The notes beneath the pieces were generated by a model. The model did no database searches. It saw only the letters and a program-made list of their open reading frames with translations, and had not been told where the DNA came from. The position numbers were made by a program, and so were the translations under genes. A stretch of DNA of 64,000 nt from an uncultured Flavobacteriaceae bacterium (GTDB taxonomy: Bacteria; Bacteroidota; Bacteroidia; Flavobacteriales; Flavobacteriaceae): NCBI GenBank assembly GCA_963836505.1, contig CAWIJU010000001.1, positions 85,387 through 149,386 of the forward strand, given 5' to 3'. Below are positions 1 through 9,287 of this stretch, piece by piece. The first letter of the stretch is position 1; every line of letters starts with the position of its first letter.

Positions 1-20
1 GTATTTATAAATACAGAAAT

Positions 21-51
21 AAAAAAAGTCGCTCTGGAGCGACTTTTTTTT
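21..51. terminator. Bidirectional intrinsic terminator just past groEL
   Basis: Stem GTCGCT (28-33) / AGCGAC (38-43) with a 4-nt loop, flanked by A7 (21-27) and T8 (44-51). It lies about 19 nt beyond the groEL stop. Confidence 0.6.
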
Positions 52-69
52 ATTGTAAGAAAAATGATC

Positions 70-1722
<1,653 letters not shown>

Positions 1723-1745
1723 TTAAAATTTCGGGGTTAGTAAAA

Positions 1746-2024
1746 TTAAATGATCGCAAAAATTTCATTTTCGCGCATAATTAAATAATCTGTTCCATCA
1801 AATTTTAACTCTGTACCGGCGTATTTACCATATAGTACTTTGTCACCAACTTTAACAGTGATGGGTTCGTCTTTTGTTCCTTTACCCACAGCAACAACAA
1901 TTCCTTGTTGCGGTTTTTCTTTTGCTGAATCCGGAATGATGATACCAGAAGCCGTTTTAGTTTCTGCTTCAAGTGCTTTGATAATTACCCTGTCTGCTAA
2001 GGGAGTGATATTCAATTTGCTCAT
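1746..2024 (-). CDS. groES: Co-chaperonin GroES (Hsp10), 92 aa
   Basis: Typical GroES sequence ([11 protein letters not shown]...[15 protein letters not shown] mobile loop ...[10 protein letters not shown]) located directly upstream of groEL. Confidence 0.98.
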   Translation of the reverse strand: MSKLNITPLADRVIIKALEAETKTASGIIIPDSAKEKPQQGIVVAVGKGTKDEPITVKVGDKVLYGKYAGTELKFDGTDYLIMRENEIFAII

Positions 2025-2065
2025 ATGTGTAAATTTTTTATGATTTGTTTTACTGATGCAGAATA

Positions 2066-2081
2066 AGCAAATACATTGCCA
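2066..2081 (-). promoter_or_regulatory. Candidate sigma-54 (-24/-12) promoter for groES-groEL
   Basis: The minus strand reads TGGCAatgtatTTGCT. GG and GC have the spacing of TGGCAC-N5-TTGCW. The GC lies 43 nt upstream of the groES ATG and about 23 nt after the secG terminator T-run. Confidence 0.35.
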
Positions 2082-2104
2082 TTCTTGAATTTATGACATA
2101 TTGT

Positions 2105-2138
2105 AAAAAAAAATGCCAACGTGTCATTGCGTTGGCAT
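2105..2138 (-). terminator. Intrinsic terminator after secG
   Basis: ATGCCAACG (2113-2121) / CGTTGGCAT (2130-2138) form a 9-bp stem with an 8-nt loop. On the minus strand it is followed by a T8 run (plus-strand A run 2105-2112). It lies 24 nt past the secG stop. Confidence 0.7.
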
Positions 2139-2162
2139 TTTGTATTGCTTTTTTGTCAAAAA

Positions 2163-2501
2163 CTATTGAGTAGTATCAATTTCAGAACTTGTATCAAGTG
2201 TTGCAGGTGCGTCGAAATTAGCATCTCTTTCATTGATAATTCCTTCTGTTTCTGATCTGGTGTCTATTGAATTATTTCTTGGAATTGCAAAATTCGAAAG
2301 TAAGATCAGGGCAAATAAAACCGTGGCCAATGTCCAAGTACTTTTATCTAAAAAGTCATTTGTATTTTGCACGCCACCCATGTTCTGGCCACCTCCAAAG
2401 GATGAAGATAAACCTCCCCCTTTTGGGTTCTGAACCATAATTACCAAAATCAACAAGATTGCTACAATGAAGATCAGGATTAAAAATAAGGTATAAGACA
2501 T
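2163..2501 (-). CDS. secG: Preprotein translocase subunit SecG, 112 aa
   Basis: N-terminal TM helix followed by VQNPKGGGLSSSFGGG, the characteristic SecG glycine-rich loop, then a second TM helix. Confidence 0.9.
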   Translation of the reverse strand: MSYTLFLILIFIVAILLILVIMVQNPKGGGLSSSFGGGQNMGGVQNTNDFLDKSTWTLATVLFALILLSNFAIPRNNSIDTRSETEGIINERDANFDAPATLDTSSEIDTTQ

Positions 2502-2507
2502 AATGTA

Positions 2508-3284
2508 CTAATTATTTGATTGTAATTCTTTTATTTTCTCAATTTGGAGTGCAAAGAAACTACTTTTTTCCGGATATTTCAAACTTAAAATTTGAAAAGC
2601 TGTCATGGCTTTTTCGTATTTTTTTTGTTCTAAATAAACATGGGCCAATGTTTCGGTCATCAGCTGCTCATTTTCAACTGTGCTGCTGTCGATTATCGAT
2701 GGGTTTTCCAGTTCTTTGAGGGTTCCAATTTTGGGGTTTGTGGCAATGAATTTTTCGATCAGTTCGAATTTTTCACTTTTAGAACTTTTTTCTGTTCTTT
2801 GCTTTGTCTCAATTGTATCATTTTCCCTTTCTATGGGTTTGAAACTAGACAATTGCATCCATTCAAAGAATGAGCGTTGGTCATTGGATCTAAACTGTAT
2901 AGGTTTCCCTATAAGTACATCTCCTTCTGTTCTTTGATTGTCCTTTACCGGATCTTCAGTAAGACGAGTGTCGCTCATATCTGCCGCTGTTTCTCGGGTA
3001 GATTTGATCAGCTCACTACCCGGATAGATTTGGTCTACTTCAAATTTATCAGCAGTGATAAAATCAAAAAGTATACTTCTGTCTGTTGTATGTGCGGCTG
3101 CCTGCTTAAGACTTACATTGTATTTGTAGCTGTGCTGCTTTTTTAGTCCGTGTAAATGAATGGCTCTTGCAGCTTGAAAAAATGGAAATTCCTGAATGAT
3201 TTCATCTAAATCTCTTGTCGCCTCTTTGTCTATGAGGTTTGGATTGACGAGAAAATCCGTAAGATCGATTAAGTTAATGGCCAT
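2508..3284 (-). CDS. Conserved hypothetical protein with a C-terminal TPR-like helix pair, 258 aa
   Basis: Long ORF in an operon-like string (3 nt after the upstream gene, 6 nt before secG). The C-terminus LAHVYLEQKKYEKAMTAFQILSLKYPEKS looks like a single TPR unit. No other domain recognised. Confidence 0.5.
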   Translation of the reverse strand: MAINLIDLTDFLVNPNLIDKEATRDLDEIIQEFPFFQAARAIHLHGLKKQHSYKYNVSLKQAAAHTTDRSILFDFITADKFEVDQIYPGSELIKSTRETAADMSDTRLTEDPVKDNQRTEGDVLIGKPIQFRSNDQRSFFEWMQLSSFKPIERENDTIETKQRTEKSSKSEKFELIEKFIATNPKIGTLKELENPSIIDSSTVENEQLMTETLAHVYLEQKKYEKAMTAFQILSLKYPEKSSFFALQIEKIKELQSNN

Positions 3285-3287
3285 ATT

Positions 3288-3833
3288 TTACCATTTAGCT
3301 ACCGAAGCATTAAAAATATCCTGTGTTATTCTTTCAAATATTTCGAGATAGGCTGCTTCCAGTACTGATCCCGAGAGTTGAGCATTGGCATCAAAATCGC
3401 TAAAGAAAGAAAAAGTTCGATCAAAGTTATCTTCTTCGACCAAGCGGTTGAAAAATCTAACTCTAACGGCAATGGTCAACCTGTTTTGAGCAGCTGTTTG
3501 CCCTGCAGTAGCCGCTATGGGAATCACTCTGTATTGCGTGATCTCTCCTTCAAAAAGCAGATCACCCCCTGTATTGGTCAGTTTTAAGTTCGTTTGTCTT
3601 AAAAATCGATCTTGCAAGGCAAGGGTAAATTCCTGGCTCAAACCAGGTTCTACCAATTGGGCATTGTTGGGAAAATTATCAATTTGGATGGTTTTTGCCT
3701 CTCCGGTACTTCCCCCCGTGAAGGAATACACACCACAAGCATGGGTCGATAACAGTGCAATTAGTAAGATAAAAGGTGTGACTTTTTTCAATCCTCTATT
3801 TTTTTCATGATCTAACAAATTAACAACAAGCAA
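3288..3833 (-). CDS. LptE-like lipoprotein, 181 aa
   Basis: Lipoprotein signal (LLIALLSTHAC). Size and sequence style resemble Bacteroidota LptE-family proteins as I remember them. There is no in-frame ATG, so the TTG at 3833 or a nearby codon must be the start. Confidence 0.5.
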   Translation of the reverse strand: MLVVNLLDHEKNRGLKKVTPFILLIALLSTHACGVYSFTGGSTGEAKTIQIDNFPNNAQLVEPGLSQEFTLALQDRFLRQTNLKLTNTGGDLLFEGEITQYRVIPIAATAGQTAAQNRLTIAVRVRFFNRLVEEDNFDRTFSFFSDFDANAQLSGSVLEAAYLEIFERITQDIFNASVAKW

Positions 3834-3840
3834 ACTAGAA

Positions 3841-5079
3841 TTACAAGTCGTACTGCTTTATTTTGCGATATAATGTTCTCTCTGAGATTCCTAATTCTTT
3901 GGCGGCCAATTTCCGCTTACCCTTATTTCTATCCAAAGATTTTTTGATCATTTCATATTCTTTTTCTTGTAATGAAACAGACTCATCAATGGTCTCAATA
4001 TCATCATAGCTATTGATATTCGGCGATTTTGTATAAGTTTCAGAAACCTGAGGACGAATTATTTCTAAATCGTCTTCAACATCTTCATAATCCTTTCCGT
4101 AGATCTTATTGATCAAATATTGATTACTTTCGGTATTCTTTAGTTTTCCATCTTCTTTCATCAAAGATTGGGTCAATTTTTTCAAATCGTTTATGTCGTT
4201 TCTCATATCGAACAAGACCTTGTACAATATTTCCCTTTCATTAGAGAAATCAGAATCCAGAGATGATTTTTTTATAATAGCGGGGAGGTTTGATTGATAA
4301 TCGGGCAGGTATGATTTTAAAATTTCCTTAGAAATGGATCGGTTTTGCTCAATGACAGAAATTTGTTCGACGATGTTTTTTAATTGTCTGATATTTCCGT
4401 TCCAAGAATAGTTTAATAAAACAGGCAGTGCATCCTCTTCCAATTTGATGGTTGGCATTTTATATTTCTGAGCAAAATCTGCCGCAAATTTCCTAAATAA
4501 CAAATGGGTATCATCCGGCCTTTCTCTCAAGGGTGGGAGGTAGATCTCTACTGTACTCAAACGGTAATACAGATCTTCTCTGAACTTGCCTTTATGGATG
4601 GCATCCATCATATTTACATTGGTTGCAGCCACGATCCTGACATCTGTTTTTTCTGCTTTAGAGGAGCCCACTTTCATATACTCTCCTGTTTCTAACACGC
4701 GCAATAATCTCACTTGTGTCGGGAGAGGAAGTTCACCAACTTCGTCCAGAAAAATAGTTCCCCCATCTGCTTCTTCAAAATACCCGCTTCTGGTTTGGGT
4801 AGCTCCGGTAAAGGAACCTTTTTCATGTCCAAATAGCTCGCTGTCTATGGTTCCTTCCGGAATTGCACCACAGTTTACCGCAATGTATTTATTGTGTTTC
4901 CGATGAGATAAATGATGGATAATTTTAGGAATGCTCTCTTTACCTACACCGCTTTCGCCGGTGACAAGAACAGAAATGTCTGTGGGTGCAACGCGGATGG
5001 CCTTTTGCAGGGCCACATTTAGCATAGGATTGTTTCCTATGATACCAAATCTTTGTTTGATGGTTTGTAGTGATTCCAA
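3841..5079 (-). CDS. Sigma-54-dependent transcriptional activator (bacterial enhancer-binding protein) lacking an N-terminal sensor domain, 412 aa
   Basis: AAA+ core with Walker A GESGVGKE, a GSFTGA variant of the GAFTGA loop, Walker B FLDEVGE, and a C-terminal Fis-type HTH (LAAKELGISERTLYRKIKQY). TTG start at 5079. Confidence 0.9.
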   Translation of the reverse strand: MESLQTIKQRFGIIGNNPMLNVALQKAIRVAPTDISVLVTGESGVGKESIPKIIHHLSHRKHNKYIAVNCGAIPEGTIDSELFGHEKGSFTGATQTRSGYFEEADGGTIFLDEVGELPLPTQVRLLRVLETGEYMKVGSSKAEKTDVRIVAATNVNMMDAIHKGKFREDLYYRLSTVEIYLPPLRERPDDTHLLFRKFAADFAQKYKMPTIKLEEDALPVLLNYSWNGNIRQLKNIVEQISVIEQNRSISKEILKSYLPDYQSNLPAIIKKSSLDSDFSNEREILYKVLFDMRNDINDLKKLTQSLMKEDGKLKNTESNQYLINKIYGKDYEDVEDDLEIIRPQVSETYTKSPNINSYDDIETIDESVSLQEKEYEMIKKSLDRNKGKRKLAAKELGISERTLYRKIKQYDL

Positions 5080-5103
5080 GGGTCTAGTTTTTAATAAATT
5101 AAT

Positions 5104-6537
5104 CTATACGGCTTCTCCAATGAGTGTAGCAGATGTACATCCAGTTACTTTTACTTGAACGAAATCGCCAATTTTTTGTCCTGTTTTTGGAAAAACAACA
5201 ACGGCATTCTGCGTATTTCTTCCCATCCAATGCACGTCACTTTTTTTAGAATTACCTTCGATGAGTACTTCAACAGTTTGATCTACAAATTGCTCCATTC
5301 TGAATAATCCATGTTTTTGCTGTAAGTTGATGATTTCGGATAGCCTTCTTTTTTTTGTTTCCAGGGGAACATCATCTTCGAATTTTTTAGCAGCCAAAGT
5401 CCCCGGCCTTTCCGAATAGGCAAACATAAATCCGAAGTCGTATTTTACATACTCCATCAAAGACAATGTATCCTGATGGTCTTCCTCGGTTTCTCCACAA
5501 AAACCGGTGATCATATCCTGAGAGATGGCACAGTCAGGGATGATTTTTCGCACATTATCTATTAATTGCATGTATTCTTCTCGCGTGTGCTGTCTGTTCA
5601 TTCGCTTCAAGATGCGCGTACTTCCGGATTGAACAGGCAAGTGTATATATTTACAGATGTTCTCGAATTTTGCCATCGCGTGCAATACCTCAAGTTTCAT
5701 GTCTTGCGGATTTGATGTAGCGAAGCGAATTCTCATGTTAGGCACCGCTGTGGCAACGATCTCCAACAATTGAGCGAAATCAACTGCGCTCGCTTTGGCA
5801 ATATCTGATGCTTTGTCGAAATCTTTTTTTAATCCGCCACCAAACCATATGTACGAATCAACATTTTGACCTAAAAGGGTAATTTCTTTATAGCCCTTTG
5901 AGGCCAGATCTAAAGCTTCATCTACAATACTTTTTGGATCTCTGCTTCTTTCTCGGCCTCTGGTAAATGGTACCACACAAAAAGTACACATATTATCGCA
6001 ACCTCTGGTGATAGAAATAAATGCCGAAACACCATTGGTGTTTAACCTGACAGGTGATACGTCTCCATAGGTTTCCTCTTTAGATAGGATAACGTTAACC
6101 GCTTCTCTACCCTCGTCAATTTGTTTCACAAGATTAGGAAGATCTCTGTAGGCATCCGGACCCACAACCAAATCGATCATCTTTTCCTCTTCCAAAAATT
6201 TTGCTTTCAGTCTTTCAGCCATACATCCCATCACTCCAATTTTCATATTGGGATTTATTTTTCGCACATGGTTGTACTGTTGTAATCTTTTTCGAATAGT
6301 TTGCTCCGCTTTTTCTCTAATAGAGCAAGTGTTGACCAATACCAGGTCAGCATCTTCCAGCAAATGGGTTGTGTTATAACCCTCATCAGCTAATATAGAA
6401 GCAACAATTTCACTATCATTCAAATTCATTTGGCAACCGTAACTTTCTATAAAAAGTTTTTTAGTGTTGCCGTGGACCTGATCTGTAATCAAGGCCTGCC
6501 CTTGCTTTTTTTCTTCTATGATATGTTCACTCGACAT
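5104..6537 (-). CDS. miaB: tRNA-2-methylthio-N6-dimethylallyladenosine synthase MiaB
   Basis: N-terminal FIESYGCQMN, radical-SAM CDNMCTFC (CxxxCxxC) and a C-terminal TRAM-like domain. I prefer the ATG at 6537 over the track's TTG at 6558, because a -7 box occupies 6556-6563. Confidence 0.93.
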   Translation of the reverse strand: MSSEHIIEEKKQGQALITDQVHGNTKKLFIESYGCQMNLNDSEIVASILADEGYNTTHLLEDADLVLVNTCSIREKAEQTIRKRLQQYNHVRKINPNMKIGVMGCMAERLKAKFLEEEKMIDLVVGPDAYRDLPNLVKQIDEGREAVNVILSKEETYGDVSPVRLNTNGVSAFISITRGCDNMCTFCVVPFTRGRERSRDPKSIVDEALDLASKGYKEITLLGQNVDSYIWFGGGLKKDFDKASDIAKASAVDFAQLLEIVATAVPNMRIRFATSNPQDMKLEVLHAMAKFENICKYIHLPVQSGSTRILKRMNRQHTREEYMQLIDNVRKIIPDCAISQDMITGFCGETEEDHQDTLSLMEYVKYDFGFMFAYSERPGTLAAKKFEDDVPLETKKRRLSEIINLQQKHGLFRMEQFVDQTVEVLIEGNSKKSDVHWMGRNTQNAVVVFPKTGQKIGDFVQVKVTGCTSATLIGEAV

Positions 6538-6555
6538 TTTTGATATTTTGGGATG

Positions 6556-6563
6556 CAAATATA
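6556..6563 (-). promoter_or_regulatory. Bacteroidota sigma-A -7 box (TATATTTG) for miaB
   Basis: Exact TAnnTTTG on the minus strand, 18 nt upstream of the miaB ATG (6537). Confidence 0.4.
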
Positions 6564-6648
6564 CGATCTAAAATTTGTTTTTATGACATAATGTCAGTGG
6601 TATTTTTAAGAATAAATAGCTTAGTTTTAGACTTTTTTCAGATTAAAA

Positions 6649-6678
6649 TTTTGATTTAAAAAAAACTATCTAATTTTG
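6649..6678 (+). promoter_or_regulatory. Putative topA promoter (-33 TTTTG, -7 TAATTTTG)
   Basis: Exact TAnnTTTG at 6671-6678, with TTG at 6651-6653 and a 17-nt spacer. It lies about 76 nt upstream of the topA ATG. Confidence 0.4.
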
Positions 6679-6754
6679 CATACCCGAATTTTACGATACT
6701 TTTGAACAAATATTGGCGTTTTATCTCGGGAAAAATCTAATCTATCAAAACATT

Positions 6755-9241
6755 ATGGCTAAAAATTTAGTAATCGTTGAGTCACCTGCAAAAGCAAAAA
6801 CACTAGAGAAATTTCTTGGTAAGGATTTTCAGGTAGAGTCTAGTTTTGGTCATATTGCTGATCTGCCTTCTAAAGAAATTGGTGTAGATCTGGAAGGAGA
6901 TTTTACTCCTAATTATAAAGTGTCTTCAGACAAAAAAGCAATTGTCGCCAAATTAAAAAGCCTCGCAAAAAAATCTGAATGGGTATGGCTAGCCAGTGAT
7001 GAGGATCGCGAAGGAGAAGCCATAGCCTGGCATTTGTTCGAGCAATTAAATTTAAAAGAGGAAAAGACCAGGAGAATTGTTTTTCACGAGATTACAAAGA
7101 ACGCAATTCTAAAAGCCATAGAGAATCCAAGAAGTATTGATTACAATTTGGTCAATGCACAGCAGGCGAGAAGAGTGTTGGATAGATTGGTAGGATACGA
7201 GCTTTCCCCCGTACTGTGGAAAAAGATAAAGGGCGGACTGTCGGCGGGGAGAGTACAATCTGTAGCGGTTAGATTGATTGTAGAAAGAGAGAGGGAAATT
7301 GAAAATTTTAAGAGTGAAGCTTCTTTTAAAATAACTGCTGAATTTAAACAGGTCAGTTCAGGATCAAAAATTAAGGCGAGTTTACCACAAAATTTTAAAA
7401 CGGAGAAAGAGGCTAAAGCCTTTTTGAGTTCTTGTGCCGATGCCATTTTTCATGTAGATGCGGTAAGTAAAACACCGACAAAGAAAACTCCTGCAGCACC
7501 CTTCACCACTTCTACCTTACAACAGGAGGCTGCTAGAAAGTTATCATTTTCTGTATCCAAAACAATGATGGTTGCGCAAAGATTATATGAGGCAGGTCAT
7601 ATCACTTACATGAGAACAGATAGTGTAAATCTGTCTAAAGAAGCCAAAGCCGCTTGTCAAGAGGAGATCGAAAGATCTTTTGGCCCGAATTATACCCAGC
7701 CGCGTGATTTTAAAACAAAATCGAAAGGAGCGCAAGAAGCACATGAGGCGATCAGGCCGACGGATATGGCCATTTCGAGTTTGATGATAGACAGGGATCA
7801 AAGCAGGTTATATGAATTGATCTGGAAAAGAACAATTGCTTCGCAAATGAGCGATGCAAAATTGGAAAGGACCAATCTGAAAATAAATAATAATAAGAAT
7901 GAAAAACTGTTTACGGCCGTAGGTGAGGTCATCATATTTGACGGTTTTTTGAGGGTCTATATTGAAGGAACAGATAATGAGGAAGATGGAGATGAAACTT
8001 TGTTGCCTGTTTTAAACGTAGGTGAAGAACTCAAGAATAATTATATCGTAGCCACAGAGAGATATACAAGACCACCTTATCGATATACCGAGGCTTCACT
8101 GGTAAAGCAGTTGGAAGAATTGGGCATTGGCAGACCCTCAACTTATGCACCAACTATTTCAACCATTCAGAACAGAGATTACGTAGTGAAGGGTAGCGTA
8201 GACGGTACCGAAAGAAATTACAAGCAACTCACCTTGAAAAAAGGAGCGGTTAAAGAGGAGGTTTTAACAGAAAAAGTGGGCTCTGACAAGGGTAAGCTAG
8301 TTCCGACAGATATAGGGAAAATCGTAAATGATTTCTTGGTCGAAAATTTTGAGCGCATTTTGGATTACGGTTTCACGGCGAAGGTAGAAGAAGATTTTGA
8401 TGAAATTGCCGAGGGGAAAGAGGACTGGACTAAAATGATGAAGAATTTTTACGCGGATTTTCATAAGAATGTGGAAGATGTAGCCGAAAATGCTGAAAGA
8501 GCTAAAGGAGAAAGACTTTTGGGTGTGGATCCTGAATCAGGAAAAAATGTTTATTCGAGGTTAGGAAGATTTGGCGCCATGGTTCAAATTGGAGAGGCAA
8601 CAGATGAAGAAAAACCCAGATTTGCCAGTTTGCTGGCCAGCCAAACATTGGATACCATTACTTTTGAAGAAGCGCTAGATCTTTTTAAATTGCCTAAAGA
8701 TTTGGGTAATTACAAAGGGGAAGAAGTAGTTGTAGCTGTGGGTAGGTTTGGTCCTTTTATAAGGTTTGGGAAAAAATTCATTTCTCTTCCCAAAGATGAA
8801 AATCCGGCAGCAGTAGATATGCAGCGTGCCAAAGAATTGATTGAGGAAAGGGAAAAGGCCGATGCACCTATTGCAGATTACAAAGGGTTACCTGTACAAA
8901 AAGGGGTTGGTAGATTTGGTCCATTTATCAAATGGAACAATATGTTCATCAATGTAAATAAAAAGTACGATTTTGATCATCTTTCAACCGATGATGTCTA
9001 CCAATTAATTGAAGACAAACTCAAAAAAGACAAAGAAAAACTGATCCATCACTGGAAGGAAGAAGATATTCGTGTAGAAAAGGCGCGTTGGGGAAGACAT
9101 CATATCATTCGGGGAAAAACAAAAATAGAAATCCCTAACACAATTGATGCAGAAAGTTTAACTTTGCAGGAAGTTATAGAAATTCTGGAAAAGAATAGTA
9201 AACCAAAAACTGCTAGAAAAAGAACATCAACTAAAAAATAA
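6755..9241 (+). CDS. topA: DNA topoisomerase I
   Basis: Toprim N-terminus MAKNLVIVESPAKAKT...DEDREGE, catalytic region ITYMRTDS, and repeated C-terminal GRFGPFI modules. The track start at 6713 is a TTG; the ATG at 6755 matches the conserved N-terminus. Confidence 0.97.
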   Translation: MAKNLVIVESPAKAKTLEKFLGKDFQVESSFGHIADLPSKEIGVDLEGDFTPNYKVSSDKKAIVAKLKSLAKKSEWVWLASDEDREGEAIAWHLFEQLNLKEEKTRRIVFHEITKNAILKAIENPRSIDYNLVNAQQARRVLDRLVGYELSPVLWKKIKGGLSAGRVQSVAVRLIVEREREIENFKSEASFKITAEFKQVSSGSKIKASLPQNFKTEKEAKAFLSSCADAIFHVDAVSKTPTKKTPAAPFTTSTLQQEAARKLSFSVSKTMMVAQRLYEAGHITYMRTDSVNLSKEAKAACQEEIERSFGPNYTQPRDFKTKSKGAQEAHEAIRPTDMAISSLMIDRDQSRLYELIWKRTIASQMSDAKLERTNLKINNNKNEKLFTAVGEVIIFDGFLRVYIEGTDNEEDGDETLLPVLNVGEELKNNYIVATERYTRPPYRYTEASLVKQLEELGIGRPSTYAPTISTIQNRDYVVKGSVDGTERNYKQLTLKKGAVKEEVLTEKVGSDKGKLVPTDIGKIVNDFLVENFERILDYGFTAKVEEDFDEIAEGKEDWTKMMKNFYADFHKNVEDVAENAERAKGERLLGVDPESGKNVYSRLGRFGAMVQIGEATDEEKPRFASLLASQTLDTITFEEALDLFKLPKDLGNYKGEEVVVAVGRFGPFIRFGKKFISLPKDENPAAVDMQRAKELIEEREKADAPIADYKGLPVQKGVGRFGPFIKWNNMFINVNKKYDFDHLSTDDVYQLIEDKLKKDKEKLIHHWKEEDIRVEKARWGRHHIIRGKTKIEIPNTIDAESLTLQEVIEILEKNSKPKTARKRTSTKK

Positions 9242-9266
9242 ATCAATTCTATTGATCGACCACTAC

Positions 9267-9274
9267 TATTTTTG
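9267..9274 (+). promoter_or_regulatory. Sigma-A -7 box (TATTTTTG) upstream of the arginase-fold gene
   Basis: Exact TAnnTTTG, 13 nt upstream of the ATG at 9288. Confidence 0.35.
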
Positions 9275-9287
9275 ATGTTTAAACCAT

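Noticed and set aside
2025-2112. A CIRCE/HrcA operator upstream of groES.
   Set aside because: Nothing resembling TTAGCACTC-N9-GAGTGCTAA is present on either strand of the spacer.
6713-6754. TTG/GTG-extended N-termini in the ORF track: topA 6713, gldK 10555, miaB 6558, oxidoreductase 15177, DUF4136 19290, 24108, 28610 and acyltransferase 56196.
   Set aside because: In each case an internal ATG gives the conserved family N-terminus or a proper signal peptide. In several cases the extension would also run through a promoter box or a terminator hairpin.
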